From: Chrysomallon squamiferum | Lineage: Eukaryota > Animalia > Mollusca | Length of the DNA: 64,000 nucleotides | Direction: 5' to 3' | NCBI GenBank assembly: GCA_012295275.1 | Contig: CM022671.1 | Span: forward strand, 24,614,001 to 24,678,000 | Part shown: positions 15,680 to 30,100 of the stretch, one piece after another | How positions within the stretch are numbered: the stretch's first letter is position 1 | Layout of the letters: every line of letters starts with the position of its first letter | The notes under the pieces: generated by a model | Seen by the model: the letters and a program-made list of their open reading frames with translations, nothing else | Told to the model about the DNA's origin: nothing | The model's database searches: none | Translations under genes and position numbers: made by a program

Positions 15680-15954
15680 AAAAGACCATGATGATGGCAT
15701 CAACAATATCATTAATGTTACTGTTTCTGCAAGTGACACTTGTTAATCTTCAATAATTATTGTGATTGGTGAAGTTATTTTTTTCACTTTAATAAAAGGG
15801 ATATAAATTCTGCTATAATAAAGGGGGAAACTGTTCCCTATATTCAGTTAAAATGATCCTGACAATACAGTCACTCAAATCACTTAAACAGGACACCAGA
15901 CACCAACCAACAACAAACTGATTTGACATCACAAATCCAGCCAATCTGATCTGA

Positions 15955-16200
15955 ATTAACAAAAGTAACTGAAGACATTTCATTTAACAAAAACCATCCC
16001 CGGACATTTCTGTTTTACAAAAACAAATGGAGGCATTTCATTTAACAAAATTCATGTGACATTTCTGTTAACAAAAACAAATGGAGATATTTCAATTAAC
16101 AAAAACAAATGAAGACATTAGAGTTAACAGAAACAAATGAAGACATTTCAGTTAATAAAAACAAATGAAGACATTTCAATTAACAAAATCAAACACTGTT
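15955..16200. repeat. Degenerate ~28-bp tandem repeat (ttaacaaaaacaaatgaagacatttca)
   Basis: About 8 units visible. Confidence 0.85.
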
Positions 16201-17309
16201 CATTTCTGTCTGGTCTTAATACCCCAACACAAGCATCTGACCTTCAAGCTGAAGTCAAGTACAGTTCAAACGTTTGTGTGTTTATCAAAGATCTTGTGCT
16301 TATTAACAAGTTTGTTCAGCAATTTTGTCTTTCTTTGTACTTTTTAGTCTCTCAATACTGGAGATTTATGTCTCACTGTAGATTTGTATGAATGTATGAA
16401 AACTATTGGCAAAACATGCTTCTCCATTTCAGTTTGATTATCTACTTGTCTCTTCTGGATAAAAGGGTTGCTGTTGATATGAAAAACCGTGTCTGTCCTC
16501 AGAAATACGTTCACAATGCATACTGTACATCATTACAAATAATGATGCATGCTGGGATATGCTCTGAGAAACATAAAAGAAATAAATATGTTATCTTGTC
16601 AGTAATATGTTAGATGTTCTCTAGGTCTGTTTTAAAATATAAATAATTTAAAATACTTGACATTGTTTGTTTTTTTTCCCCATAACTGGAAATTCTTCCA
16701 AAGTCCAAACACATAAACCATAAAGACAGATAGAAAAACACACATATATATATAATTAAATTATACACATACAGAAGAAAAAATAAAAATACAAAAATTA
16801 CACACAGGATACAATACAGTACTATATGTGTAAGTATAAACATATAGAAGTATTGGAAATCTTGTCAATTATCCAGATCTAGCATTATTATATTAAAATA
16901 TTGTAGGTGACAGTTTTTTTTTTTTTTTTTTGGTTATCACTTCTCTTTTCATGAATATCTAAAACGATTTATTGCTAAGGGATTGTTGTGTGTGTTTTCT
17001 GGTTTGTTGTTTATGTATTTTTTTTACATTATCTCTTGTCATGGTGGATATCTCACACTTGAGCATTATGTCAGCATGTTTAAACCTCGGGCTATTGTCA
17101 CACGCTTAGTTTTTTTTCACTCACCCCTAAATCAAATGAGGTCAGTGTCCGGTTGAAAAAGTGGACAGTATCCTTCGTTGCAGGAACAATGGTGGTTAAA
17201 TGTATAACCTAGAATGACCATTCCAAGCAATTATTTCTTTACCCTTTGTGGTTTTGCTATACAGAGTCTGTAATTACAGGGGTAAACTGTAGCAAAAAAG
17301 AGAGAAAGA

Positions 17310-17502
17310 AAATGTGTTCCGACTGTCATCTTGAGCAACAGGACTTGTAAAGCATGTCCACACAAGTGGAAGTACAGGTAAATCGGATAAATTAGCCAAG
17401 TGGACACCTGCAATAGTGACCACTGTCACCGCAAGACATGGACAGCCATAAATCTCAAGTTTTCATGACATCATAAACATTTCCCTTTGATGACAATGGT
17501 GG

Positions 17503-17533
<31 letters not shown>
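17310..17533 (+). mobile_element. Possible 5'-truncated RTE-type LINE 3' end
   Basis: Degenerate DKLAKWT (cf. DNIxEWT at the RTE ORF C-terminus) followed by a (GAT)n tail at about 17502-17533; weak. Confidence 0.3.
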
Positions 17534-19274
17534 AAAATCTTGTCAAATATGCACGAAAGTATTAAAAATAATGATACATCTGAACCTGGTCTTGAACTTG
17601 GTCTGATTTGATGAAGATTTGGGTTAATGTATTTCAACTGTAGGTGTCTAAGACATGGCCATTGTTTGTATCAATGTGGGTCCCCGAGTTCCAGGCGGGT
17701 TAATGATGGGTCTCCCTTCTTGAGGTTATCTTTGGGAGGGCAAGTCCATAAACCATATCACATTCCTCCTCTTGGTTTTGCCTGGACCAGTTGTGTGTAT
17801 GTCTGGGTCTCACAACAGAATTTCATCTTTTTGATCAGAAAACAAATTTTTACTATGGAATCTTTTGTTTTGTTTGGATTTATTCTAGCTTTTGTTGTAA
17901 ACCTTCAAGGTTTTCGTTTGGGTAAGTGGTTTATGTAATCATAATAATTTTTGAATTTGAATTTTTGAATTTTTTTTTTTTTTGAAATTAGGGAACCCTT
18001 CTTAGAATGGGAAAATGTGAACTTTATACATTTTTTATTATTAAAAACTGATAGTTTATTTATTTATTGCTCAGTTTAGTTCTAATATTTCTGATTTAAA
18101 TAGATAAAACACTTTTATTACAATTTATTTATTTATTTACTTTATCAGTGTACAACTAATATCTAATTTGAAACTATGAGCTCTTAATAAAAATTATTGT
18201 AATTTATATTTAAAGAAATTTTATTTGTAAAATACTGAAATATTTTTTTTTTAAATTTTTTTTTTTTTATGCATCCATCCATCCATCATTTATTTATTTA
18301 TTTATTTTAATTTGTTTTTGTATTTATTTGTACTTTCCCCATTGATGAGCTGAAAAAAGTCATGAAATAAAATAAAACCCAAAGAACAACAACTAAAAAA
18401 ACCGAGAGAAATTTAAATTAACCTTAAACGTGGGAATAATTATACCTATTCATTTTGTCTGCCATTAGGCCAAGACCAGTAGGAAATGATGAAATTTAGA
18501 TGAAGATAGATTTTGTTTAAATGTAGTATTGTAATTGATCTGAATATTCATTCAGTGTCCCATAGAACATAATGAATCCCTTGCAATGACCAAAAATAAC
18601 CATCTGAACTAGCAGATAAATCATTATTTACGTAATTGTGACAGTTCTGAATTTCTGTCTCTTGTCTTCATCAGAAACTGTCATGAGAACTCTGTTTAGA
18701 TTCACTGAGGAATTTTCTCATTAGAGTCTTAATCATTACTCTTCCTGCAAGAATAAATGAACATTAATGGATCCATAGGCTTTTCAGATGATATGCCAAT
18801 CTCCTGTTATTATAATTAGTTTTAATTTAAATTTTTTTAATATTTTTTTTTTACCTAACAGACTTTTTTTTCAAAAATGTAATGAAATTAATTTCATAAT
18901 GAAGAAATTAAGTCTTGTTAGAATAATGGTGGCCTCAAGTTACTGAAATTCGAAATTTGACTAATCTACATTTTACATGTTTCATTATAAAATGTGTCTG
19001 ATACATGTTATTTATTGGCAGAATCTGTAGCATTCACATACACAATTTTATATAGATCTGTATAGGTTGCTGTTACTTATTAAAACACATTCATTTAACC
19101 AAAATTTTTAATTCACTCAAACACACTATATGCCTATATACATACATGTACAAACACACACACACACACATATATAAAATAATTCTCAGTGAAAACTATG
19201 GCTGAGTTAGACAAGAGGCATGAGTTAAATAACATGCTTATATATTAGCGAGATATTCCTTTCCTTTGATGACA

Positions 19275-19305
<31 letters not shown>

Positions 19306-19552
19306 GCTTCTGCCTTTGCTGGCTTCCATCAACACTGTGACAACAACATCAAACAAGCGCTCTGCTTTATTGGTAAATAATGGTGCAGTTAAAGTCCTTT
19401 GTGGCATAACTTGTCTGTGTTTGATTTGTTAATCAAAATGTCATAAGACTTGTTCCCATGGAGATTAATGGCTGGTGTGTAATAACTATTACTGTCATGT
19501 GTGTGTGTGAATGTGATGTATGCTTGGAAAGGTAATGGCTGGTGGGTATGTT

Positions 19553-19669
19553 GTTAAACATGTGGGTCTGTTTAAACTGGTTTTGTTTTGATTCATTGCC
19601 GTTGAAAGGTAATGGCAGTTAAACATGTGGGTCTGTTTAAACTGGTTTTGTTTTGATTCATTGCCGTTG
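19553..19669. repeat. Exact 52-bp tandem duplication
   Basis: 19553-19604 is identical to 19618-19669. Confidence 0.95.
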
Positions 19670-19690
19670 CAGCAGTAGTGTTACTGTTAA

Positions 19691-19870
19691 AGGCTGAATG
19701 TAGCTCAGTGGTTAGAGCATTAGGCTGAGGTCACATGATCAGCTCTTCTTCTTCTTCTTCTTCTTAGTGCACCTGTTGGATGTTTTTTTTGTTTCCCAAT
19801 CCAGCCAGTGTTCTGAAACTGGTTTATTAATAGATGTGGGAAGTATATTATGTAAAACATCATATCTGGT
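19691..19870 (+). mobile_element. tRNA-headed SINE relic
   Basis: A-box tagctcagtgg at 19701-19711 (gtagctcagtggttagagc) followed by tccagccagtg..actggttt core; no tRNA cloverleaf. Confidence 0.65.
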
Positions 19871-19974
19871 TTATAGAAGAAGTCTTATCTTTTATTTGGC
19901 AGCAATCACATTATCCGTAGAGCCTTTAAAATATTTTTTTAATCTGCAGTAATATGGCAATAAACACTGATTAA

Positions 19975-20130
19975 GGTAATGAGGGAAAAAAACTAATTAA
20001 TTACTCATGTCTGTTGATTGTCTAATCTTTTTCAATTAGCAGCAAGGAATATTTTATATGTAGCATCCCATAGGAAAACATAACACTGGCCTTTAAATAA
20101 ACCATTCTGGCTGGAATGAGAAATAGGACA
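19975..20130 (-). mobile_element. SINE relic, same family, opposite orientation
   Basis: attagcagcaagg..ttttatatg..catcccatag..ggcctttaaataaacca..ctggctggaatgagaaatag is the reverse complement of the core. Confidence 0.65.
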
Positions 20131-21401
20131 ACAATTGTAAACAGTAGAATTAAAATTACATGAATAAATCAGATTATTTCTAAACTACTTTATTTCATGA
20201 CTCAGATCTCTTAAATGGTCTGTTATGATAGTGATGTGTTATCACTGACATAGATTCTGTTGTATTTGTGTGGGAACAGTGTCGCATAATGTCATTCATA
20301 ATCTGTTAATGATCTCTGACCTTATAGCGTCTCACTGACACCAGTCTGTTTGTTTGACAGTTAATAAAACACGATAATAGTTTGCTTTATTGCATTGCTG
20401 AAATACTTTCATTTTTATTTTTAAATCTTTTTTTACTTTTTTTACTTTTTTTTTTTTATATGTAGGATATAGAATGACAGTACAAAGAGATGAACAACTT
20501 GAGCAGTTAAAGGGTCAAAATTTACAAGCAAAGTGTATCGGAAGCTCATATGATGTTGTTAGATAATTAATCCTAGAAATTCTCTATACTCATTCATTAT
20601 TAAGTGAATTTAATAGTAACAATAATAATAATAATAATAATAATAATAATTATAATAATAGTAATAATTTTCAGAACAACACCAATAATTCATACATTTT
20701 TCTTTCTTTTTAATATTTTTTTTCCCTATTGACAGAAAATTCCAAATATAAAATAACAATGTGAAAATTTGAGTAACTGTAAATCAAACTGCAGTAACAG
20801 AGTTTTATTGTTGTTTATTTTGGAGACATCAGCTGCTGAGAAACAGTTGTCTAACTTGTTAACTTGGCATGTGACTGTCTCAGGGAATGATGGGTATTTC
20901 CTGCTGGTTTCCTTATGTATTTGAACCTACTGACCTGCACAGTAATTTCATTTTAAGCCTGTAGCTTAAACATGACATCTACTTATTATGTGAAGACCCA
21001 TTGCTGTTTGCTCCTCACCTTGAAGGTATAAACATGTGTACTCAGATTTACAGATTTCATAATACTGAAAATGGCAGAAAATTTAGTTACTTGTTTGACA
21101 ACTGTCTATAGTTTCTGAAACTATCAAACTGTTCTGAAAAATATGTAAATGATAATAATACCATTTGTATATGTTGCTGTGTTTCTTTAAAACACATTCA
21201 TTTATTCATTTAACAAAAAAACCCCACCAAAACCATCCAAAACTAAAAAAGTAACACACACACAAACACACACATTCTCACACATTCACCCACCCACCCA
21301 CACACTGACACACATACACACACACACACACACAACAAACACACATTCACACAAACACATTCTCACAGATTCACACACATACACACATTCACCCACACAC
21401 A

Positions 21402-21449
<48 letters not shown>

Positions 21450-21699
21450 GTTTAATTCACAGACTGAGCACATACAGATACATGCTTTGATGCAGGACAT
21501 AGTTAAGTACTTGTATTTCCTTCTTGCAAGGTCATCACACTTCAAGGTCTTCTGGTGCTGGTGAAAGTCTGGAATGACTGTTTATGATTACTGCCCTCTC
21601 AGTGTGCTAATAAAACACAGCTGCTTTTACCAAGAACCAAGCATTTTAGCTGCATGCTTAAACTGGTTCACATATGTAACAGATATATTTAAACTCCCA

Positions 21700-22078
21700 T
21701 TGCTGAAGATGGCATCACTGTGGGAGATAACTCTTTTAAGATATATAAGATATGACAGTATGCACATCTAGTGATGTAGATAGTAAAAAAAAAAAAGAAA
21801 AAAAAAAAAAAGAAAAAATAGAAAAGAAGTATCCAATGTAATGTTTTTTAAACTCTTATGCTGAAGATAGCATTACTGAGGGAGATAACTCTTCAGCATG
21901 AAACAGATATTAGAGCATGCACATTTTCTAAGTGAATAAATAATAAAAATTATATAGTTGCTGTATTATATATTTTGTTCAAACTCTCAACCAGAAAATA
22001 CAATGCAGTGAGAAATAATTATTCAGGTTTTTGTAAATACTTTTAGTATTACTACTACTACTTCTACTACTACTATTT

Positions 22079-22168
<90 letters not shown>

Positions 22169-22405
22169 ATAATAATAATAAAACAACAAATAAACAAAAA
22201 AGAAACATACAAAAAAACCAAAAAACCAACAACAATAAACTTCTAAGCCAAAGATGGCATCTCTATTAGCAATAACTCTACAAGATATAATGGTCAACAG
22301 AAATTACTTGTAAAAAAAACAAAAAACACACACCCAAAATAATGATTACAATAAACATCCATGCTGATTACAGCATCGCTATGGGAAATAACTCTTCAAG
22401 ATTTA
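21700..22405. repeat. Four spaced copies of a ~40-bp motif (gctgaagatggcatcactgtgggagataactctt) plus a (TAC)n microsatellite
   Basis: Copies near 21702, 21860, 22247 and 22362; (TAC)n at 22048-22166. Confidence 0.75.
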
Positions 22406-23902
22406 TTAACGTGATAACATGCACGTCTGCAACACAAAGTATCTTGATAAGAAGAAGATGGGGATATAAAAAAAAAACGTGATGCCACTCTAAGAGTGCA
22501 GTGATTTGACCTGTTTCCTGTTACCTTACAACAGCTGATGGCAAGAAAGGAAAGAGATCCTTTGTGTTTGTCAACAGAACTGCAGATAAAACGTGCCACA
22601 GAATGGAATTTATGGTTTCTCTCAGACATGAATTTTAATGAAATCAGAAGTTATGTCCATTACAGACACATTTAAACAGTTTTTTTTTTTTTAAATGGCA
22701 GCGCTGCCGAAAACATTATCTACCGAAGTTAATGTTTTGGTCATTGCAGGGGTTTAACTATAAATTATATTAATCAGTATTAGTTTAAAAAAAAAAAAAA
22801 AATTAAAATAAATAAATAAAATATAAGCTGAATTAAAAAAGTAATAATAATAATAATAAAAAAGGTAATAGTTTCTATACATATATTTTAAATTAAGGAA
22901 TATGAAGGTTTTTTTTTCTTTTAAATTTATGATTTATTTCATGGAAGTGTGAAGGACAAAATGTGTTAATCTATATTAATTTTTTTGGTTTTTATTTTTT
23001 TAAATCCATCTTTAATCATTACACTTTTGTTATTATTTGAGAAATTTGAAAATCAAATTTGTAGAAGGTCGTGAGAAACTAACGAAATGTATATACATCC
23101 TTTCTTAATAATGTATTTTCTATCATTCTGGATATTCCATCAGTTTTGTTAATCCTGTGGTTCTGTGTAAGCACAGTCGCCATAAACACTGCATGGTCAG
23201 TTTGAATTTACTGCATTCACACAAGATGATAAATCCAGCATGCTGTTTGATTAATTTTACATCCTGGACTGACTGGTAAATGTTTCACAGTAATTGGTAA
23301 AACATTAATACGTGTGGTAGGGAGCACCACCCACATTCTGCTTTTCATTGCTGATTTAACACTTTCATCTGTCCATGTGAATTTCTTAAACGAAAATATT
23401 TTTTATTCACCAGTTATGTATTTGGGTTTCACGAATCTGATCTGTTTTCTTTTTTGTTATTTATTTGTTTAAAAACTTATTATTATTTTTTATTTTATTT
23501 TATTTTTTTGGTGTATTGAAAATAAAAATAAAAATAAAAATAAAAATAATAATAATAATAATAATAACAATAATAATAATAATGATTAAAAACAACAACA
23601 AAAAAACAAATCCCAAATCACCCCCCAAAACATCTGTCCATATTGTTTTTGCATATTTGTTTGTCCCCAAGAAATTCCAGTACTCCTATTTATTTTCTAA
23701 CCCATATTTTTATTGCACTAACCATCTAACATGTTAACATACACATTACATAACTGAAGAGCTGCAAACATACAAAATTCGTTTTGATATAATTAATTAC
23801 ATGGCATTTCAAAAATTTGTATCATACAACAGATACAGATTTGTATCATGCATCTGTAATGCAGAAAAATTAATTTATAATTTGTCTTTTTTTCTCTTTT
23901 AG

Positions 23903-24118
23903 CTCAAAATTGTAAAGTCACAGAATGGGCAGGATGGGAAAAATGTGATAACCCATGTGGTATTGGCAGCAGACGACGGATTAGAAAGGTGCAGACGTAC
24001 CCTGAAAATGGCGGCAAACACTGCCCTGTGTTAAAACAACGACAGGCTTGTGTAGGTGATGGCTTGAGTGAAGAATGCTTGCAACAGGACCTGGAATTCC
24101 AAGGAGAAGAACTTCGAG
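23903..24118 (+). CDS. SBSPON: SBSPON-like exon, TSP1 domain (216 bp, phase 1-1)
   Basis: Polypyrimidine tract + AG at 23901-23902. Translates QNCKVTEWAGWEKCDNPCGIGSRRRIRKVQTYPENGGKHCPVLKQRQACVGDGLSEECLQQDLEFQGEELR (WxxWxxC, R-x-R, GGxxCP). Donor GTAAC at 24119. Confidence 0.9.
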
Positions 24119-27100
24119 GTAACGACAACTAAACCTTTTATTTAACATTAAAAAAAAAAAAAAAAAAAACGAAAAAGAATGAAAATTTAAGAGACAAAAT
24201 TTAAAAAGAATAAATATAAAAATTCATTTTTTACCTCATCATATAAAACAAAATATATATATAAGAAACAAAAAAGTAAAATATGTCTGACTGATTATAC
24301 TGATGTTACCTTACACTTTAAAAAAAAAAAAAAAAAAAAAAATGTTTATCTTTCAAACTGCTGTGAACTTAACATCCTGGAATATGTGGCTTAAAGTGCT
24401 TAATGGCAAATCAGCTAAATTAATTATTATTTTATAAATGGCTGCCACATATCTGAAGATATAAAATCTAATTGCCAACAACTTTAATCTTGTTGGCTTA
24501 CAACTGCATAGTGTGAAAAAAACATTTTATTTTTTTACTTTTCAATTGATACCAGTGTTTAGGTATTAATAATATAAATACTGAGTTTTATTGTTCTGGT
24601 CTCACTGAAAATATTGATAGAGATGTGTATTCACCATGGATACAAATTCCAAAATAAGTCAAAAGGTTGAACTCAAAATAACTATGGAAGCTGAAGAAGC
24701 TTATAACACATTAGAATGTTGGTCTTTGTGGTGTCAAATTTCCTTGTAAATTGCCCCAAGTAGGAATAGTCTGTCAGTACTTCCAGAATGTACAACAAGA
24801 GCTTTAGTATAACCAAATCATTTTAACAGTGCAACCCAATCATTTCAGCAGTGTAACCAAATCATTTTAACAGTGTAACTCAATCATTTCAGCAGTGTAA
24901 CCAAATCATTTTGGCAGTGTAACCCAATCATTTCAGCAGTGTAACCAAATCATTTTGGCAGTGCAAGCAAATCATTTTAAGTGTAACTAAATATTTTTAA
25001 CAGTGTAACCAATTCATTTTAAATGTAATTAAACCATTTTAACAATGTAACTAAATCATTTCGGCAGTGCAAGCAAATCATTTTAACTTTTTCTGTTGTT
25101 GTTGGGTTTTTTAAGTCGCTTTTAAGGTGTCCTTTTTAAAAATATTTTAAAGTAATGATTTTTTTGATTTTTTTGATGTCTCTATGGAGAAATATAATAT
25201 ATGTCAGAGACTGACACTATGAAGATTGCTCTTTTAGCATTAGTATTTGGTAAATGTCTCACAACTGATTTGCTTTTTCTTCAGCAATATTTGACTTTAA
25301 ATTGTTGTTAAACTAGTTCATTTGTTTTTATTTCTTTATAATTTTCTTCCATGTTTATATGATGATGGTTTTGATATAAAACTACTCTGAAAAATTATCA
25401 GTTACTCAAAGTTAGTAATCAAAAATTACTCTTAATGGTATCAGTAGTAGTATAGCAATAGTGGTAATAGTAATAATAGCAATGCCATGTATATAGCAGT
25501 TGCAGAACTAGTAGTTATCATAGTTGTGGTACTAGTAGCAGCACTACAGCAGTAATTCCAGTAACTAATAGTAACCAGTTAATGTGACAGTAAAAATCAG
25601 AATGATAATTATTAGTAGCAGTAGCAAAAATATTAGCTGTTGTAGTAATAATTACATTCTTGTATTAATGCTGTTTTTTGAAAAAAAAAAAAACCAACAA
25701 CCCAGAGAAGAATTAAACCTTAAAAATAAATAAAGAATGAAAGAAAGAAATAATAAGTAAAACAAAGAAGAAAAACTAGCCAAAGTGGCAGCCATTTTGT
25801 TTAAAATGTAATTAACTAGGACATTCATCTTCATTTTAAATCTCATCTTCTCTTGTTCCAAGTTCTGTTTCTGACTTCAATCACTCGATGAAATCATCTT
25901 ACAAAGATTAATTAGAGATTCTACAAGCAATACAGAGAAATTTGTTTTATCTAAGTAAGCCAAACGCTGAATGAACTGGACATGTTCCAGCAACTGACAG
26001 CTGCAAAACACAGCTTGTTAAACATTTAACATGAAACAGTGATGATATCCCTAGACTAAAAAGAAAAAATAGATAAAGAAAGAAAAGAAAAAAAACATGT
26101 TGAAGGGAATGGCAGAATATATTAATAATGGTACATTTAACAAGAATGTGGTGTAGAGATGGTAGATAATAAATTCCTTATGAAACACAAACAGACACAC
26201 AAACACACACATTCACACACAGAAACCAATCCCAAATACCCATATAAAAAAAAAAAAACAAAAACAAAAACAAAAATAACAAGGACAGTAACAACAACAA
26301 ATTACAAAATTACAGAAAAACAACAAAAGCAAACAAAAAACTCAACCACAGAGCAAAGTTTGGATGTTCATATTTTAGGTCTCATCATATTTCAGTTCTT
26401 AGAATGATTTTTAGTACTGAAATTAATTTGATCTGTACATATTATCAAACAAGACTTGAGCAGATTATATGTCCTTACATGGCATCAGAATTTTGTTTAA
26501 ACAATATTCCTTCTGCTTGCTGGTGGATATTACATTATGCAAAGTTGCTGACTTTTGAAACCTTGAATGAACTGCTAGAAGCTGTGGTAAACAAAATATT
26601 TTTGTGCTTACAAGATTATTCAGTGGGGAAAAAAAAAAAAAATATATATATATAAATTTTAAAAATAAGTAATTATTGAAGATATTGTTCTTCTATGGTT
26701 CATCTGTAATAACAAAATGTTTGATTCACAAGATAATATTTATTTATACATCATTAAACTTTTATCTTAAAGATGAGTTCTCATTTCACACATTGAAATA
26801 TTTCATGTGCCCTGACTCTTTTGTTGAGTATATTATCCTAGTTTTCAAAATCTATAATAAAGCATTTGAATTAAAGTAAGATATAAATTTCAGTAAAATG
26901 CATAAAAAAAATAAAGATATGTTTATCATAGATGCAAATTCCAGAAAAAGTCAAAAGGTTGAACTCAAAATAACTATGGAAGCTGAAGAAGCTTATAACA
27001 CATTAGAATGTTGGTCTTTGTGGTGTCAAATTTCCTTGTAAATTGCCCCAGGTAGAAACAGTCTATGAATACTTCCTGAATGTACAACAAGAGCTTTAGT

Positions 27101-30100
27101 GTAACCAAATCATTTTAACAGTGTAACCCAATATTTTTATCAATGTAACAAAATTATTTGTAACAATATAACCTAATAATTTGTAACAGTGTTACTAAAT
27201 CATTTCAACAGTGTAATCAAATCATTTCATGAGTTCTTATGGTATAAGATTATTTTGATTTTAAATAAATTATTAATAAATCTTGATCTATGGATCAGTT
27301 TATCACTCAGTTTTAATGAAACTCTACTCTATTTTGATATTATCAGGTACCTTAGTGTGTTCTATCATATTTTGTTAAGCATTATTTGAAGTGAGCTTTC
27401 ATATAAACTAAGAGGAAAGATAACTAACTTTGTTGATGGTATGTGACCGAGTGCAAATATTTTAAGTCTGAGGAAGATAATGAAAGAGGAATTCTGGTGC
27501 CAACATTTAATGGTCTAGACATTTTCAGTTAACAGCAAAGGATCATTTACATGCACCTTACAGAAAGGCATGCATCATCATGGCTTTTGAAAAAACAATA
27601 ATTTTTCCTTTATCATTATTATGACTATTGTATCACTTCCAACAGCTGATTTATTGTCTCTCTCTTCTCTTTTTTATTTTTTCTTGTTCTTGGATCTCAT
27701 TAAACCATCATTGACTCATTCATTCGAGCACTTCCTGAAACAGGAAACAGATCATGAGATACATGAGAAGGACTGATCCTGTGTCTTTTTATGCCTCAGT
27801 GGACTGCTCTGTCTCTGAGCTGCAGAAATCTCTCATTCTACAAGTGTTATACATGTTTGTTTAAGACATCTTATTACAGATTTAATTCCTATTCAAACAA
27901 CTTCCAGTATCAGATGCATGTCCAGATATCACACACAAAATCTCACACATGTACTTACAACTCTAATGTGTATGGTATTATAAACTGGGTATAAGTGGGT
28001 ATGTTGATACTGAAATTGTTTCCAATGAGAATCTTTGTTTGCTTACATGTCATGGTGTTGACTCTGTATCATGTTTCAAATAAACTTGTCAATTCTGAGG
28101 TTGTAATATCGAAAATTGTAAACTTTGAACATTCAAGAGATAAGCACAGAAAACAATGGTTTATTCATGTTGGGTGTAGATGTTTAAAACCATGTTGCTT
28201 GGGATTTAACATGGATTATGATACATGATAACATAAGTAGAAGTCTAAGCAGAATTTGAAGTGTAAATTAAACAAATTGTTGTTAAAAATAATAAATAAG
28301 ATATGGTTTATGAAAAGGATCTTTTTAATACCATGTTGAAAGATGAAATTTTATAATACATGTATGAAAACAATGTACATATTAAATATATTTAGGTTTA
28401 TAAAAAAGTAGAAAATTGAAATAAAATACAGATTTAGTGATATATATCCCAAATACCTTTTAGGCTTTTCTCTAGAATAGTGACCCCTTTGGACATCTTT
28501 GATATTTATCAGCACTTGATGGTATTATTATACTCTTGTACTGTTGTCACAGTAGATTGTATGAGGTGACTACACACAAAGTCATAATACTAGTCTCTAT
28601 AGGTAAACTGTCCACAGCAAGTCAAGTGTGGTTGGTGTGTTTTCAGTGTGCAGCCTGTCCTCACCCAGATCTAGTATTCTACTTCAAACACAGATTGCCC
28701 TCAGGTGTGTTTGAACAGTGATGTCCTGTCAGATAAAATAAAGTTTAATAAATCAAATGCTACATCTGGAAAATATTTATGGAAATGAAGACATTTGATA
28801 TTGGTCTTTGAGCATTTCATTTCTTATAAATGGTCAGTATATGATCTACATGATATTTATTTATTTGTCTTTCTGTCTTTCTTTATTTTTTGGCTTTATT
28901 GGTAGATGTTGCTGCTTCAGATAAATCCTAGAAAGGTTTAGGTATAAAATAAAACCAAATTTAAATTGTTTTTTTTTAAAATTTGTCCACATGTCAAAAT
29001 AACATTTTATGATACAGTGTTATGCAATCATGATACTAGATGGCCTTATTAGATACCTGCATTTTTAAAATTATTTTTAATTTATTTTATTTTTGTAATG
29101 AATTTCTGGAAGGCCAGACAACCACTTAAAAGAATAATCAGTCAGTGAAAGGAAGTTTGTTTAACAACACCTTCAACACATTTTTCTACCAGCAGTTATT
29201 GGGTGTCAAACATATGGTTTTCGTATACTGATACTATCTCAGAGGAAACTGGTAGAGCACTGCCAGTCCAAATACTTCTCTTCTCATTAGAAGAAGGGAT
29301 CTTTTGTCTACAACTGTTCATAAGAACAGAAAACATGAACCAAGTCCTTTGATATAAGTCCTTTGATACAAGTCCAGTCATGGTCACTGGTATAGAAAAC
29401 ATTCTTTAACTGAGCTGCAGTATCTGTCTTAGGACAACTCTGTATTAATTGATAATTTTGGGCAAAACTATTTACAGTATTATACTGTTAAATGCCATTA
29501 TGGACTTAAACTTTTTTTTTTTTTTTTTTTGAATATTATAGTTTAAAAACCAAAAACCAAGAAAAAACCCACATGAAATTAATTTTCTAATTTTTTTGTT
29601 TTTTAGTCTAATCCCCCAAAAGAGGATATTAACATGTTTTTTTTAATTCATATTATGGATTCATCTAATCCCAAAATACAGGATATTAATATCATTTATA
29701 AAACTCATATTATGGATTTGTCAGACAAAAAATACTTGATATGGCATCATCTTTTAAAAAAAACAAGCTATCTTTATTGATTCTGCATTTATCTTCTCAT
29801 TTGCCAGGGCAACCATCTTTACATCAGCAGTATAAATAGCTCTGCTACATAAAATCATCTAAGCTAGAGTCAAGAGTTTTCTGTGGTTTTTGATTTTTTT
29901 CACTCAGTAATTTAGGTCCTGTTAACTTCTTGCATTTTCAGTATCATGTTTAAAGTGCAAAGTCATAGGTTTCCATAGTTTCATCTTCACTTGAGCAGCA
30001 TAAACAGATCTGTTATATATAAAGTGATCTAAGCAAGATACAGATTGTTGTGGGGGTTTATTGTTTTAACTCTCATTAATTTAGGTCAGTATTAACTTCA

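Noticed and set aside
19697-19770. tRNA gene
   Set aside because: Only an A-box/D-arm-like stretch, with no T-arm or acceptor stem; it is followed by the SINE core.
1-23902. Somatomedin-B/signal peptide exon of the SBSPON-like gene, or a nested gene
   Set aside because: No CxCDxxC...DCCxDY-type exon or other convincing coding exon was found; the listed ORFs here are short and compositionally random.
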